Shown: positions 31,790-42,911, counted from the first letter of the stretch. The stretch: 64,000 nt of DNA from Betaproteobacteria bacterium (GCA_027490755.1 JAIXXL010000008.1:11391-75390); one strand, 5' to 3'. Program-made: numbers and translations. The notes: a model not told the origin generated them from the sequence alone.

Positions 31790-33437
31790 CAACGGCGCTG
31801 GCGGGCAGACCCGGCTCGCGTTCGCGCTGGCCGGTGCGGGCAGCGGCGAGCGGCAGCGCCGGCTCTGGCGTGCGCTGGCGCTGCTCATCGCCGCGCTTAT
31901 CGTCGCGCCGCTGGCGGTGCTGCTGACGCGCATCGGCGACGCCGACCCGCAGCTGCTGGAACACCTGCTCGGGCATGTGCTGCCCACGGTCAGCATCAAC
32001 ACGCTGCTGCTGGTCTGCCTGGTGGTGGCGGGCACCGGCACGCTGGGTACCGGACTGGCCTGGCTGATCAGCCGCTACCGCTTCCCCGGGCGGGACCTGT
32101 TCAGCTGGGCGCTGCTGCTGCCGATGGCGCTGCCGGCCTACGTGCTGGCCTTCGTCGCGGTGGGCCTGCTCGACTTCGCCGGGCCGCTGCAGACGGCACT
32201 GCGCGCGCTGCTGGGGCCGGAGCTGCGGCTGCCACCGGTGCGATCGGTGGGCGGAGCGGCGCTGGTGCTGTCGTTGTCGCTCTACCCCTACGTTTACCTA
32301 CTGTGCCGCAACGCCTTCGACAGCCAGGGCCAGCGCGCCATGGAGGCCGCGCGCAGCCTGGGGCTGAGCCGCCGGCGCGCGTTCTGGCGGGTGGCGCTGC
32401 CGATGAGCCGCCCGTGGCTGGCGGCGGGCCTGCTGCTGGTGGTGATGGAGACGCTGGCCGACTTCGGCACTGTCTCGGTGTTCAATGTCGACACCTTCAC
32501 CACCGCCATCTACAAGAGCTGGTTCGGCCTGTTCTCGCTGGGCACGGCAGCGCAGCTGGCAAGCCTGCTGCTGCTGATCGGCTTCGGCATCGCCCTGACC
32601 GAGCACCGCCTGCGCGACCGCGCCGGCTACTGGAGCCCCGGCCGCGGGCGGTCTGGTACGGGCGAGGATCTGCCAGACACCAGCGGCTGGCTGGCCACCG
32701 GCATCTGCCTGGGCGTGTTGATGCTGGCCTTCCTGATCCCGCTGGCGCAGCTGCTGCTCTGGGCTGCGGCCGATGCATCTGGCATCGACGCCAGCAGCCT
32801 GCGCGCCGCCGGCCGCACCCTGTTGCTGGGCATGGCCGCGGCCGCACTGGTGGTAAGCACCGCCCTGCTGCTGGCTTACGCGCGGCGCGAGGCGCCGGGG
32901 CGCGTCACCGACATCGCGACGCGGCTGGCAACGCTGGGCTACGCCATCCCGGGCGCAGTGCTGGCGGTGGGCGTGTTCGTCGCGCTGAGCCTGACCGACC
33001 GCGCGCTGCCGGCGCTGGCAGGTGCGGACTGGCGCATCGGTGGCACGCTGGTGGCGATCCTGTTCGCCTACCAGGCGCGCTTCCTGGCGGTCGGCTTTGG
33101 GCCGGTCGAGGCAGGCATGGCCCGCATCGGCCGCTCGCTCGATGACGCGGCGCGGGTTCTGGGCGCCGGCAGCCGGCGGCGGCTACTGCAGGTACACCTG
33201 CCTCTGCTGGCGCCGTCTCTGTTCTCCGCGGCGGCGCTGGTGCTGGTCGACGTCATGAAGGAGATGCCGATCACGCTGATGACCCGGCCGTTCGGCTGGG
33301 ATACGCTCGCGGTCCGTATCTTCGAACTGACATCCGAGGGGCAGTGGGAGGCCGCGGCGCTGCCGTCGCTGGCGCTGGTGGCCACCGGTCTGCTGCCTTT
33401 GGTCCTGCTGAACCGCCAGGCCCAGTCCAGGGCCTGA
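31773..33437 (+). CDS. Fe(3+) ABC transporter permease (duplicated TMD, AfuB/FbpB type)
   Basis: 554-aa polytopic protein containing two ABC-permease EAA-like regions (EAARSLGLSRRRAFWRVALP; DAARVLGAGSRRRLLQVHLP). Confidence 0.85.
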   Translation: MPAIADNGAGGQTRLAFALAGAGSGERQRRLWRALALLIAALIVAPLAVLLTRIGDADPQLLEHLLGHVLPTVSINTLLLVCLVVAGTGTLGTGLAWLISRYRFPGRDLFSWALLLPMALPAYVLAFVAVGLLDFAGPLQTALRALLGPELRLPPVRSVGGAALVLSLSLYPYVYLLCRNAFDSQGQRAMEAARSLGLSRRRAFWRVALPMSRPWLAAGLLLVVMETLADFGTVSVFNVDTFTTAIYKSWFGLFSLGTAAQLASLLLLIGFGIALTEHRLRDRAGYWSPGRGRSGTGEDLPDTSGWLATGICLGVLMLAFLIPLAQLLLWAAADASGIDASSLRAAGRTLLLGMAAAALVVSTALLLAYARREAPGRVTDIATRLATLGYAIPGAVLAVGVFVALSLTDRALPALAGADWRIGGTLVAILFAYQARFLAVGFGPVEAGMARIGRSLDDAARVLGAGSRRRLLQVHLPLLAPSLFSAAALVLVDVMKEMPITLMTRPFGWDTLAVRIFELTSEGQWEAAALPSLALVATGLLPLVLLNRQAQSRA

Positions 33438-33528
33438 CAGGACCGCACCGAGACATATGACCGCACCGAGACGTATGACCGCACCGGGACGTATGACCGC
33501 ACCGGGACATGACCAGAACCTGACATGA
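33436..33528 (+). repeat. Degenerate 16-18 bp tandem repeat (about 5 copies) filling the permease-ATPase intergenic gap
   Basis: The unit is TGACCGCACCG(A/G)GAC(G/A)TA. Repeat-borne ATGs lie at 33457, 33475, 33493, 33509 and 33525, and the last is the ATPase start. Confidence 0.9.
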
Positions 33529-34601
33529 CGGCACAGCTGCAACTGCGTTCGGTGAGCCTGGGCTACCGCGACCGCAAGGTGGTGGACGGGCTCGACCTGA
33601 GCGTCGAGCGCGGCGGCATCGCCTGCCTGCTGGGCCCCTCCGGCTGTGGCAAGACCACGGTACTGCGCGGCATCGCCGGCTTTGAGCCGCTGACCGGCGG
33701 CGAGATCCTGCTGGCCGGACGCAGCGTGAGCCGGGTCGGCCAGACCCTGCCGCCCGAGCAGCGCCGCATCGGCATGGTGTTCCAGGACTACGCGCTGTTC
33801 CCCCACCTGCGCGTCGGCGACAACGTCGGCTTCGGCCTGCACACGCTGGATGCCGCCGAGCGGGCGCGGAGGGTCGGCTTCTGGCTCGAAGTGGTCGGGC
33901 TTGCAGGGATGGACCGCGCCTGGCCTCACGAACTCTCGGGCGGCCAGCAACAGCGGGTGGCGCTGGCGCGCGCGCTGGCGCCGGAACCCGACCTGATCCT
34001 GATGGACGAGCCGTTCTCCAACCTCGACCCTGATCTGCGCGATAGCCTGGCGCGGGAGGTCGGCGAGCTGCTGCGCGAGCGCGGCGCTACAGCCCTGCTG
34101 GTGACGCATGACCAGGGCGAGGCCTTCGCCATGGCCGACCATGTCGGCATCCTCGAGGCGGGGCAGCTGCAGCAGTGGGATACGCCTTACGACATCTACC
34201 ACTGGCCGGCCAACCGCTTCGTCGCCGGCTTCATTGGCGAGGGGGTGATGGTCGACGGGCTGCTGCTGCCGGGCGGCGATGTGCAGCTGCCGTTCGGACG
34301 AATCCCGGCGACAACCCCTGGGGCTGCGCCAAACACCCGCCCGCCCCTGCCGCCGGCGGGCCCGGTCCGCGTGCTGCTGCGGCCCGACGACGTCGTACAC
34401 GACGACGCCAGCCCGCACACTGCGCGCGTGCTGCGCAAGGCCTTCCGCGGCGCCGAGATCCTCTACACGCTGGAACTGGAGGGCGGCGTGTCGGCGCTGT
34501 CGCTGGTGCCCAGCCACCATGACCACGCGATCGGCTCGCGCATCGGCATCCGCATCGCCGCCGACCACGTCGTCGCCTTCGCCCCATCCGAGCAGACATG
34601 A
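33525..34601 (+). CDS. Fe(3+) ABC transporter ATP-binding protein (FbpC/AfuC type)
   Basis: Walker A (GPSGCGKTT), signature motif ([15 protein letters not shown]), Walker B ([11 protein letters not shown]), and a TOBE-like C-terminus. Confidence 0.9.
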   Translation: MTAQLQLRSVSLGYRDRKVVDGLDLSVERGGIACLLGPSGCGKTTVLRGIAGFEPLTGGEILLAGRSVSRVGQTLPPEQRRIGMVFQDYALFPHLRVGDNVGFGLHTLDAAERARRVGFWLEVVGLAGMDRAWPHELSGGQQQRVALARALAPEPDLILMDEPFSNLDPDLRDSLAREVGELLRERGATALLVTHDQGEAFAMADHVGILEAGQLQQWDTPYDIYHWPANRFVAGFIGEGVMVDGLLLPGGDVQLPFGRIPATTPGAAPNTRPPLPPAGPVRVLLRPDDVVHDDASPHTARVLRKAFRGAEILYTLELEGGVSALSLVPSHHDHAIGSRIGIRIAADHVVAFAPSEQT

Positions 34602-34687
34602 CAGCCATCGCCGCCCTACCCGCCAACACTGCCGCCACGCCGGGCCAGCCCGCCGCCGCCCGAACCCGCACGCTATCCCGCGCCAGC

Positions 34688-35314
34688 ATGCGCACCCGGC
34701 TTGCGGCCGCAGCAGCCGGGCTGGCGGCACTGTGCGCCGCGCTGCCGGCCCATGCCGACGCGGTGGCCAAGCTGCGCGCCTTCAACGCCGAGACGCGCAG
34801 CGTCGCTGCGGAGTTCACCCAGCGCGTGCTCAACGAGCGCCTGAAGGAGGTGCAGAACAACACCGGCTACCTGGCGCTGCAGCGGCCGGGCAAGTTCCGC
34901 TGGGTCTACAAGACACCGAACGAGCAGATCCTGGTGAGCGACGGCAAGGTGCTGTGGCTTTACGACCCCGAGCTGCGGCAGGTGACGCGGCGTGCCATCG
35001 GCGGCTCGATGTCGGGCACGCCGGCCTCGCTGCTGGCCGGTGACGCGCAGGTCGAGAGCGCCTACACGCTGCGCAACATCGGCGAGCAAGGCGGGCTGGA
35101 CTGGCTCGAGGGCAGGCCCAAGCGCGACGACAGCGGCTTCGTGCGCATCCGCATCGGCATGAGCGCCGCCGGCGAACCCGCCGCCATGGAGCTGACCGAC
35201 ACCTTCGGCCAGACCATCCTGCTGCGTTTCAGCAAGGTCCAGCGCAACCCCAAGCTGGTCCCCGAGGCGTTCATGTTCGAGCCGCCGCAGGGCGTCGACG
35301 TGCTGAGCGAGTGA
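34688..35314 (+). CDS. lolA: Outer-membrane lipoprotein carrier protein LolA
   Basis: Signal peptide (MRTRLAAAAAGLAALCAALPAHA), then ...LRAFNAETRSVAAEFTQ...GKFRWVYKTPNEQILVSDGKVLWLYDPEL. ATG 34688 is preferred over the listed 34598. Confidence 0.85.
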   Translation: MRTRLAAAAAGLAALCAALPAHADAVAKLRAFNAETRSVAAEFTQRVLNERLKEVQNNTGYLALQRPGKFRWVYKTPNEQILVSDGKVLWLYDPELRQVTRRAIGGSMSGTPASLLAGDAQVESAYTLRNIGEQGGLDWLEGRPKRDDSGFVRIRIGMSAAGEPAAMELTDTFGQTILLRFSKVQRNPKLVPEAFMFEPPQGVDVLSE

Positions 35315-35373
35315 CGCGCGCCTTTGCGGACACGGCGCAGCAAGACTGGACCGGCTGAGGCAACATCGCAGCC

Positions 35374-36684
35374 ATGAGCAACCCTTCCCTGTTCGACGAC
35401 GCCGGCGGCCGCGCGCCGCTGGCCGAGCGGCTGCGCCCGCGGTCGCTCGACGAGATCGCTGGCCAAGCACACGTACTCGGCCCCGGCACGCCGCTGCGGC
35501 GCGCCTTCGACGAGGGCATCGCCCACTCGATGATCCTGTGGGGCCCGCCCGGCACCGGCAAGACCACCCTCGCCCGCCTGGCGGCCGCCGCCTTCGACGC
35601 CGAGATGATCGCCATCTCGGCGGTGCTCGGAGGTGTGAAGGAGATCCGCGAGGCGGTCGAGCAGGCACAGGCCACCCGCGCGCGTGGCCGCCACACGGTG
35701 CTCTTCGTCGATGAGGTGCACCGCTTCAACAAGTCGCAGCAGGACGCGTTCCTGCCGCACGTGGAGTCGGGCCTGTTCACCTTCGTCGGTGCCACCACCG
35801 AGAACCCGTCGTTCGAGGTGAACCGGGCGCTGCTGTCGCGCGCCACCGTCTACGTTCTGGGCGCGCTGGATGCCGATGCGCTGGGCGACCTGACGCGGCG
35901 CGGCGCGCAGGCGATGGGTTGCGAGGTTGCGGCAAAGGCGATCGATGCGCTGGTGGCATGGGCCGATGGCGACGCGCGGCGCCTGCTCAACACGGTGGAA
36001 CAGGTGTGCAGCGGCCGCAGCGGCGCCATCGATCTGGCCGCGGTGAAGGCCACGCTGGGCACCGCGATGCGCCGCTTCGACAAGGGTGGCGATGCTTTCT
36101 ACGACCAGATCTCGGCGCTGCACAAGTCGGTGCGCGGCTCCGACCCGGACGCGTCGCTGTACTGGCTGATGCGCATGCTCGACGGCGGCACCGACCCGGA
36201 ATACCTGGCGCGGCGGCTGGTGCGCATCGCCATCGAGGACATCGGCCTGGCCGACCCGAGGGCGTGGCGGGTGGCGCTGGACGCGGCCGACACCTACGCG
36301 CGGCTGGGCAGCCCCGAGGGCGAACTGGGCCTCGCGCAGGCGGTGCTGTATCTGGCCATCGCGCCCAAGAGCAACGCGGGTTACATGGCCTACAAGGCGG
36401 CACGGGCGGCGGTGGAGCAGCACGGCTCGGCGCCGGTGCCGCCGCACCTGCGCAACGCGCCGACGCAACTGATGAAGGACCTTGGCCATGGGCACGCCTA
36501 CCGCTACGCCCACGACGAACCCAATGCTTACGCGGCCGGCGAGAAATACTTCCCCGAGGGCATGCCACAGCAGCGCTTCTACCAACCCACACCGCGCGGG
36601 CTGGAGGGCAAGATCGGCGAGAAGCTGGCCTGGCTGGAGGGGCTCGACGCCGAGGCGCGCAAGCAGCCGCCGAAGACGCGCTAG
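35374..36684 (+). CDS. rarA: Replication-associated recombination protein A (AAA+ ATPase MgsA/RarA)
   Basis: PLAERLRPRSLDEIAGQAHVLG, GPPGTGKTTLARL, LFVDEVHRFNKSQQDAFLPHVE, HLRNAPTQLMKDLGHGHAYRYAHD. Confidence 0.9.
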   Translation: MSNPSLFDDAGGRAPLAERLRPRSLDEIAGQAHVLGPGTPLRRAFDEGIAHSMILWGPPGTGKTTLARLAAAAFDAEMIAISAVLGGVKEIREAVEQAQATRARGRHTVLFVDEVHRFNKSQQDAFLPHVESGLFTFVGATTENPSFEVNRALLSRATVYVLGALDADALGDLTRRGAQAMGCEVAAKAIDALVAWADGDARRLLNTVEQVCSGRSGAIDLAAVKATLGTAMRRFDKGGDAFYDQISALHKSVRGSDPDASLYWLMRMLDGGTDPEYLARRLVRIAIEDIGLADPRAWRVALDAADTYARLGSPEGELGLAQAVLYLAIAPKSNAGYMAYKAARAAVEQHGSAPVPPHLRNAPTQLMKDLGHGHAYRYAHDEPNAYAAGEKYFPEGMPQQRFYQPTPRGLEGKIGEKLAWLEGLDAEARKQPPKTR

Positions 36685-36851
36685 ACCCGACGCCGGCTGC
36701 GTGGTGCGCTGACCGCGCGGGCGCGCGTGTCCTGCTCCACCTTTTGCGTGAAAAGCCAGGCGTAGTAAGCCGCCATCACCATCACGGCGAGGATGGTGAT
36801 CAGCGACAGCAGCCCGACCCAGTCGGAAAGCAACTCCTTGAGCAGATCCAT
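36681..36851 (-). CDS. Hypothetical small single-pass membrane protein (56 aa)
   Basis: AAGGAG lies 7 nt before ATG 36851. One TM helix (WVGLLSLITILAVMVMAAYYAWLF) and a basic tail. Family not recognised. Confidence 0.45.
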   Translation of the reverse strand: MDLLKELLSDWVGLLSLITILAVMVMAAYYAWLFTQKVEQDTRARAVSAPRSRRRV

Positions 36852-36908
36852 GCGGGGTCTCCTTGGTGCCACGGGCCGGCGATGCGCCGACCGATGTGCT
36901 CAGGCTAA

Positions 36909-38315
<1,407 letters not shown>

Positions 38316-38327
38316 CGGCCCGCCGAA

Positions 38328-39812
38328 CTACCAGATGATCGGGTCGGCGCTGCGTGGCGCGCCGCGGAAGAACTCCTGCGGCAGGCGGCCGAACCCGCGG
38401 CGCTGCGGGCCACCACCAGGTTCGGCAGCGGCGAGAACCTCGTAGTAGCCGCGCACGTTCTCGACCAGGATGACGGCCTCGCCGCCGCGTGCCGGCCCGG
38501 ACACCAGTCGCGCGGCGACATCCGGCCGCGCCAGTTCCGGCAGCGCGCGCTTGACGCCGGCCCAGGTGCTGGCGTCAAGCTTCATCGACTCGGCCATGCG
38601 GCGGCCAGCGCGCAGGTGCCCCTCGCCCAGGTTGTAGGCGGCCAGCGCCATCATCAGGCGGTCCTCGCCGGTCACCGTGGGCGGCAGCGAGTCCATGATC
38701 TCGGCCAGGTAGCGGGCGCCGGCAAAGATGCTCTGGCGCGGGTCCAGGCGGTTGCTCACGCCCATCTTCTGGGCGGTGCCCTCGGTCAGCATCATGATGC
38801 CGCGCACATTGGTCCACGAGGTCGCCGCCGGGTCCCACTTGGACTCCTGGTAGGCCAGCGCGGCGAGCCAGCGCCAGTCGATGCCGGTGACCTGCCCGGC
38901 CTGACGGAACAGGTCACGGTAGCGCGGCAGACGGCTCTCGCGGTGCTGCAGCAGCTGGCCGATGTCGAGCGTATCGAGACGGCGTAGGTGGCCGAAGTGG
39001 CGCTCGTGGATGGCGGCCAGCGAACCATCGGCCCGCGAGCGGCGCAGGAAGGCCTCGGCCGCGACGAAAAGCTTCTCGTTGCCGTAGCGCGGGAAGGCCC
39101 ATGCCACCGGTCGCGGCCCCGGCAGCTCGAAGGCCTGGTCGAGGTCGATGAGCCAGTGGCGCAGCCGCGACAGCAGCAGCGAGTCGACCACGGCGAAGTC
39201 GAGGCGGCCGTCGTTGACGTCGTGCAGCGCGTCGACCGCGGCCGCGGCATCGCCGCGCTTCCAGGTGGTGCCGTTGCCCGGCGGCAGGGCCTCGAGCATG
39301 CGCTCGGCCTGGGTGTCGGACGCCACCCAGCCACGCAGGCCGGCGATCTGCGGCAGGCGGAACGGCAGCTGGCGGTCGCCGCCGCGCATCGCCACCGCCT
39401 GGTTGCGCCAGAAGAATGGCGAGCCGAAGCGAGCCAGTGCCAGCGCCGGCTCGGCCGGCGACAGCGCCGCAGCGGCCATGTGCGCCTTGCCACGGTCGAG
39501 CCGCTCGAACATCTGGCGCTCGCGCTCGACCCAGACCCAGCGCACCTTGACGCCGAGTTCAGCCGCGAAGGCGCTGACCAGGTCGTAGTCGGGGCCAGCG
39601 AGCTCGCCCGCGGCGTCGCGGTAGACCGTGGTGGGCGACAGGCGCGACACCACCACCAGCTCGCCCGACTTCTGCGGCGGGGTCAGCGGCTGGTCGTGGC
39701 GGCCGCAGGCGGCCAGCAGCATAAGCAGCGCCAGCGCGCAGGCGATCCAGGCGCCGGATACCCACGCGGGGGGGCCTCGATCGGCCTGCTTATGAATGCC
39801 ATGAATAAACAA
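38328..39812 (-). CDS. mltF: Membrane-bound lytic murein transglycosylase F (SBP-like plus SLT domain)
   Basis: Lipobox (LLMLLAAC), an N-terminal solute-binding-like domain, and the SLT motif (LAALAYQESKWDPAATSWTNVRGIMMLT). TTG start at 39812. Confidence 0.8.
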   Translation of the reverse strand: MFIHGIHKQADRGPPAWVSGAWIACALALLMLLAACGRHDQPLTPPQKSGELVVVSRLSPTTVYRDAAGELAGPDYDLVSAFAAELGVKVRWVWVERERQMFERLDRGKAHMAAAALSPAEPALALARFGSPFFWRNQAVAMRGGDRQLPFRLPQIAGLRGWVASDTQAERMLEALPPGNGTTWKRGDAAAAVDALHDVNDGRLDFAVVDSLLLSRLRHWLIDLDQAFELPGPRPVAWAFPRYGNEKLFVAAEAFLRRSRADGSLAAIHERHFGHLRRLDTLDIGQLLQHRESRLPRYRDLFRQAGQVTGIDWRWLAALAYQESKWDPAATSWTNVRGIMMLTEGTAQKMGVSNRLDPRQSIFAGARYLAEIMDSLPPTVTGEDRLMMALAAYNLGEGHLRAGRRMAESMKLDASTWAGVKRALPELARPDVAARLVSGPARGGEAVILVENVRGYYEVLAAAEPGGGPQRRGFGRLPQEFFRGAPRSADPIIW

Positions 39813-39882
39813 AATGATTCTGCTCAGCTACGGCAGCCCGGAGTTTTGTTATCTTCGCCCAATTAAGCTTTCGGAGTACGTC

Positions 39883-40635
39883 GTGCCTTACACAGAAGAG
39901 ACCGTCCAAACGGTACACACGTGGTCAGACAAGACCTTCAGCTTCACCACCACGCGGCCGGAAGGCTTCACCTTCGAGAACGGCGAGTTCGTGACCATCG
40001 GCCTCAAGCCCGAGGGCAAGCTGATCGCCCGCGCCTACTCGATCGTCTCGACCAACGACGCGCCGCATCTGGAATTCCTCAGCATCCACGTGCCCGACGG
40101 CCCCCTCACCAGCCGGCTGGTGCACGTCAAGCCGGGCGATTCGGTGTGGGTCAACAGCAAGGCCACCGGCTCGCTGACGCTCAATTACCTGCTGCCGGGT
40201 CGCGTGCTCTACCTGCTGGCCACCGGCACCGGTCTGGCGCCTTTCATGTGCCTGATCCGCGACCCCGCGGTGTTCAAGGCCTACGAGAAGGTGGTGCTGA
40301 TCCACACGGTGCGCACTGTGGCCGAGCTCGCCTACAAGGCCGACATCGAGGCGCTGTGTGCCGCCAACCCGCAGCTGCACTATCTGCCCAGCGTCACCCG
40401 TGAGCCGTTCGAGCGCAGCATGCGCTGCTCCGAGTTGCTGCTCGATGGTGCCGGCGCGCGCGAACTGGGCCTGCCCGAGCCCGACAAGGAACATGACCGG
40501 GTCATGCTTTGCGGCAACCCGGAGATGAACAAGCAGGTCACCGACGTGCTCGAGGAGCGCGGTTGGGTGATGACCAGCCACCGCGGTGTGGGCAACTTCA
40601 CGGTCGAGAAGGCTTTCGTCGTCCACCACGCCTGA
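39883..40635 (+). CDS. fpr: Ferredoxin--NADP(+) reductase (Fpr type)
   Basis: FSFTTTRPEGFTFENGEFVTIGL, RAYSIVS (RxYS FAD motif), LLATGTGLAPF, GNPEMN. GTG 39883 after GGAG gives ~250 aa. Confidence 0.85.
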   Translation: MPYTEETVQTVHTWSDKTFSFTTTRPEGFTFENGEFVTIGLKPEGKLIARAYSIVSTNDAPHLEFLSIHVPDGPLTSRLVHVKPGDSVWVNSKATGSLTLNYLLPGRVLYLLATGTGLAPFMCLIRDPAVFKAYEKVVLIHTVRTVAELAYKADIEALCAANPQLHYLPSVTREPFERSMRCSELLLDGAGARELGLPEPDKEHDRVMLCGNPEMNKQVTDVLEERGWVMTSHRGVGNFTVEKAFVVHHA

Positions 40636-40654
40636 GGCCAGGCTCGGGGCACAA

Positions 40655-40686
40655 CAAAAAGGCCGCTTCCGCGGCCTTTTTGTTTT
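40655..40686. terminator. Bidirectional rho-independent terminator (fpr on +, helicase on -)
   Basis: aaaaa-ggccgc-ttcc-gcggcc-tttttgtttt. Confidence 0.8.
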
Positions 40687-40703
40687 GGGCGTCTGTGCGA
40701 CGC

Positions 40704-42167
40704 TCAACGATGCGGCTTGCCGCGGCCGTCGCCGGAACGGCCACCGGACGGGCGGCCATCACTGCGCGCACCACCACCCGGACGACCACCACCGCCACCA
40801 AAACCACCACCGCCACCAAAGCCACCGCGGCCTGCACCCGGCGCGCCATGGCGCTTGGGCCCAAAGCCCGGCTTGCGGCCCGGGCGGTCGCCCGAGGGGC
40901 CGTCACGCATCGGCCGGCGCGATTCCAGGCCGGGGATGATGAGCGCGTCGACCTTGCGGTCGATGTAGCGCTCGATGCGCTTGATCACCACGCCGTCGGC
41001 GGGGCCGGCGAACGAGATGGCAGTGCCGCGGGCGCCGGCGCGACCGGTGCGGCCGATACGGTGGACGTAGTCTTCGGCAGCACGCGGAAGGTCGTAGTTG
41101 ATGACGTGGGAAAGACCCGGCACGTCGATGCCGCGGGCGGCGACGTCGGTCGCCACCAGCACCTGGACGCGGCCCTGGCGCAGCTGGTTGAGGGTCCAGT
41201 TGCGGCTGCGCTGCTCCATGTCACCGTGCATGGCTGCCACCGAGAAGCCCTCGTCGCCGAGTTCCTGCGCGATGCGGTCGCAGTCGCGCTTGGTGGCGAG
41301 GAAGACCACCGCCTGGGTGACGTCCGGCTGCAGCAGGATGTGACGGATCAGCTTGTTCTTGTGAGCCATATCGTCGGCACGGATGATGTGCTGGGCGATG
41401 TTGTCGTGGCGCGTCTGCGGCGTGCTGATCTCGATACGCTGCGGGTCCCGCAGCAGGTTGCGGGCGAGACCGGCGACGCGGCCCTCCAGCGTGGCCGAGA
41501 ACAGCAGCGTCTGACGGGTGGCCGGGGTGGCCGCGGCGATCGCCTCGACCGGCTCGATGAAGCCCATGTCGAGCATGCGGTCGGCCTCGTCCAGCACCAG
41601 CATCTCGACGCCGGAGAGGTCGATGCGGCCGCGCTCCAACTGGTCGATCAGGCGACCGGGGGTGGCGACCAGGATCTCGTAGGGCTTGGCCAGCATGGCG
41701 TTCTGCACCCGGTACGGCATGCCGCCGAGGATGCTGACCACGCGCATGCGGCGGAACGGCTGGATGAACTGCTCGGCGGCCTTGGTGATCTGGGTGGCGA
41801 GTTCGCGGGTGGGCGACAGCACCAGCAGGCGCGGACCGCGGGCGGGGCCCGTGCGCGGATTGCGGTTCATGCGCTCGATGGCGGGCAGCAGGAAGGCGGC
41901 CGTCTTGCCGGAGCCGGTCTGCGAGCAGACCATGAGGTCCTGGCCATCGATGACGGCGGGGATGGCGCGAGCCTGCACCGGCGTCGGCTGGTCGTAGCCG
42001 GCCTCGGTGATGGCACGCAGCAGCTCGGCGGAAAGCCCCAGCGGCGCGAAGGCGCTGTCGGCACCGGCGGTGGCAGCAGACGGTGCGTCAGCCTGGCCAT
42101 GCACGGCTTGCTCGGCGGGGTCGAAGGAAGTGTCGTCGTGTTGGACGTTCTGGAAAGATTCGGACAT
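40704..42167 (-). CDS. rhlE: DEAD-box ATP-dependent RNA helicase (RhlE-like) with Gly/Arg-rich tail
   Basis: Q motif/PTPVQ, SQTGSGKT, DEAD (LVLDEADRM), SAT, HRIGRTGRAG, and a C-terminal RGG-type repeat tail. The ATG is at 42167 (MSESFQNV...), and the listed start at 42419 is an extension. Confidence 0.9.
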   Translation of the reverse strand: MSESFQNVQHDDTSFDPAEQAVHGQADAPSAATAGADSAFAPLGLSAELLRAITEAGYDQPTPVQARAIPAVIDGQDLMVCSQTGSGKTAAFLLPAIERMNRNPRTGPARGPRLLVLSPTRELATQITKAAEQFIQPFRRMRVVSILGGMPYRVQNAMLAKPYEILVATPGRLIDQLERGRIDLSGVEMLVLDEADRMLDMGFIEPVEAIAAATPATRQTLLFSATLEGRVAGLARNLLRDPQRIEISTPQTRHDNIAQHIIRADDMAHKNKLIRHILLQPDVTQAVVFLATKRDCDRIAQELGDEGFSVAAMHGDMEQRSRNWTLNQLRQGRVQVLVATDVAARGIDVPGLSHVINYDLPRAAEDYVHRIGRTGRAGARGTAISFAGPADGVVIKRIERYIDRKVDALIIPGLESRRPMRDGPSGDRPGRKPGFGPKRHGAPGAGRGGFGGGGGFGGGGGRPGGGARSDGRPSGGRSGDGRGKPHR

Positions 42168-42455
42168 GGTTCTGGGTCTACCTCGGTATTGCAGTGACGC
42201 AGCAAACGAGCAGCCGCCGTTGGCCTGCGGCCATCGGGGAGGGTCGTGTTCAACGGAGAGCGCTGCGAAAGCTTTCCGCCGGGGCAAGTCGCCAACCGGT
42301 CGGAGGCTGCCTGGTCGTGCCGGGCAGACGGGGGTCAGGGACGAGACCGCGCTTGATGCGATGTTGCACTGCATCACCACGCAAGCCGCGGAGGATACAG
42401 GGTCTGACGAAATTAGCAAGGCCGGCGTGCTGCCGGCGGCCCCAGCACAGCCGCG

Positions 42456-42911
42456 TCAGGAGTGCGGCACCGGTGCCCCGGGCGTGGGCGGAGTGCCGCC
42501 CGGGCTGGCGCAGGCCAGGCCGTGGACGACGATGAACATGGGCGCGTGCTGGCCGTAGGCGGCAAGGAAGCTGCGCTGGGTGGCGTAGGCCTCGCGCTCC
42601 TTGTCGATGGCGGCGCTGCAGTCGTTGCCGAAGCGGCCGGATTCGCGCTGCAGGTAGTGCACCAGCTCGTGCAGCAGGACCGAAGAATCCATGGTGCTGC
42701 CTACCGGGTCCAGCGTGTCGTCGAGGTAGATGCGATCGCCGGGGGGCAGCCAGCCCCGCACCTTGCATGACTGCCCGCCGCAGGCCTGGTCGACCAGCCA
42801 CTGGTGCGTCACCAGCTCGACCTCGGGCAGGTGCGGTGGCGCCGGATAGCCGCTCAGCTGCACCGCCCACGACATGAGTACCGAGACCAGCTCGGCGAGG
42901 GCTGGGGTCAC
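42456..42911 (-). CDS. Hypothetical HExxH-motif protein (putative small metallopeptidase-like), translationally coupled to dnaQ
   Basis: GTG 42911 overlaps the dnaQ TGA (GTGA). Hydrophobic N-terminus (LAELVSVLMSWAVQL) and the motif SSVLLHELVHYLQRE (residues ~78-90). High GC3 throughout. I cannot assign a named family with confidence. Confidence 0.55.
   Translation of the reverse strand: MTPALAELVSVLMSWAVQLSGYPAPPHLPEVELVTHQWLVDQACGGQSCKVRGWLPPGDRIYLDDTLDPVGSTMDSSVLLHELVHYLQRESGRFGNDCSAAIDKEREAYATQRSFLAAYGQHAPMFIVVHGLACASPGGTPPTPGAPVPHS

Noticed and set aside
33436-33528. Possible CRISPR array (short direct repeats)
   Set aside because: The units are contiguous 16-18 bp copies with no spacers. 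There are no cas genes and the total length is under 100 bp. It is a tandem duplication, reported as such.
40704-40900. ccaccacc / ggtggt repetitive DNA
   Set aside because: It encodes the Gly/Arg-rich C-terminal tail of the DEAD-box helicase, a common feature of RhlE-type helicases.
40509-42197. 562-aa + strand ORF
   Set aside because: It is antisense to the DEAD-box helicase. The same reasoning applies to 15140-16558, 16814-18193, 20085-21623, 21295-22779, 23258-25015, 47290-48336, 48275-49534, 50389-51354, 52037-53383, 53013-54239, 55361-56554, 56629-58062, 58010-59098, 59185-60126 and 59903-61063.
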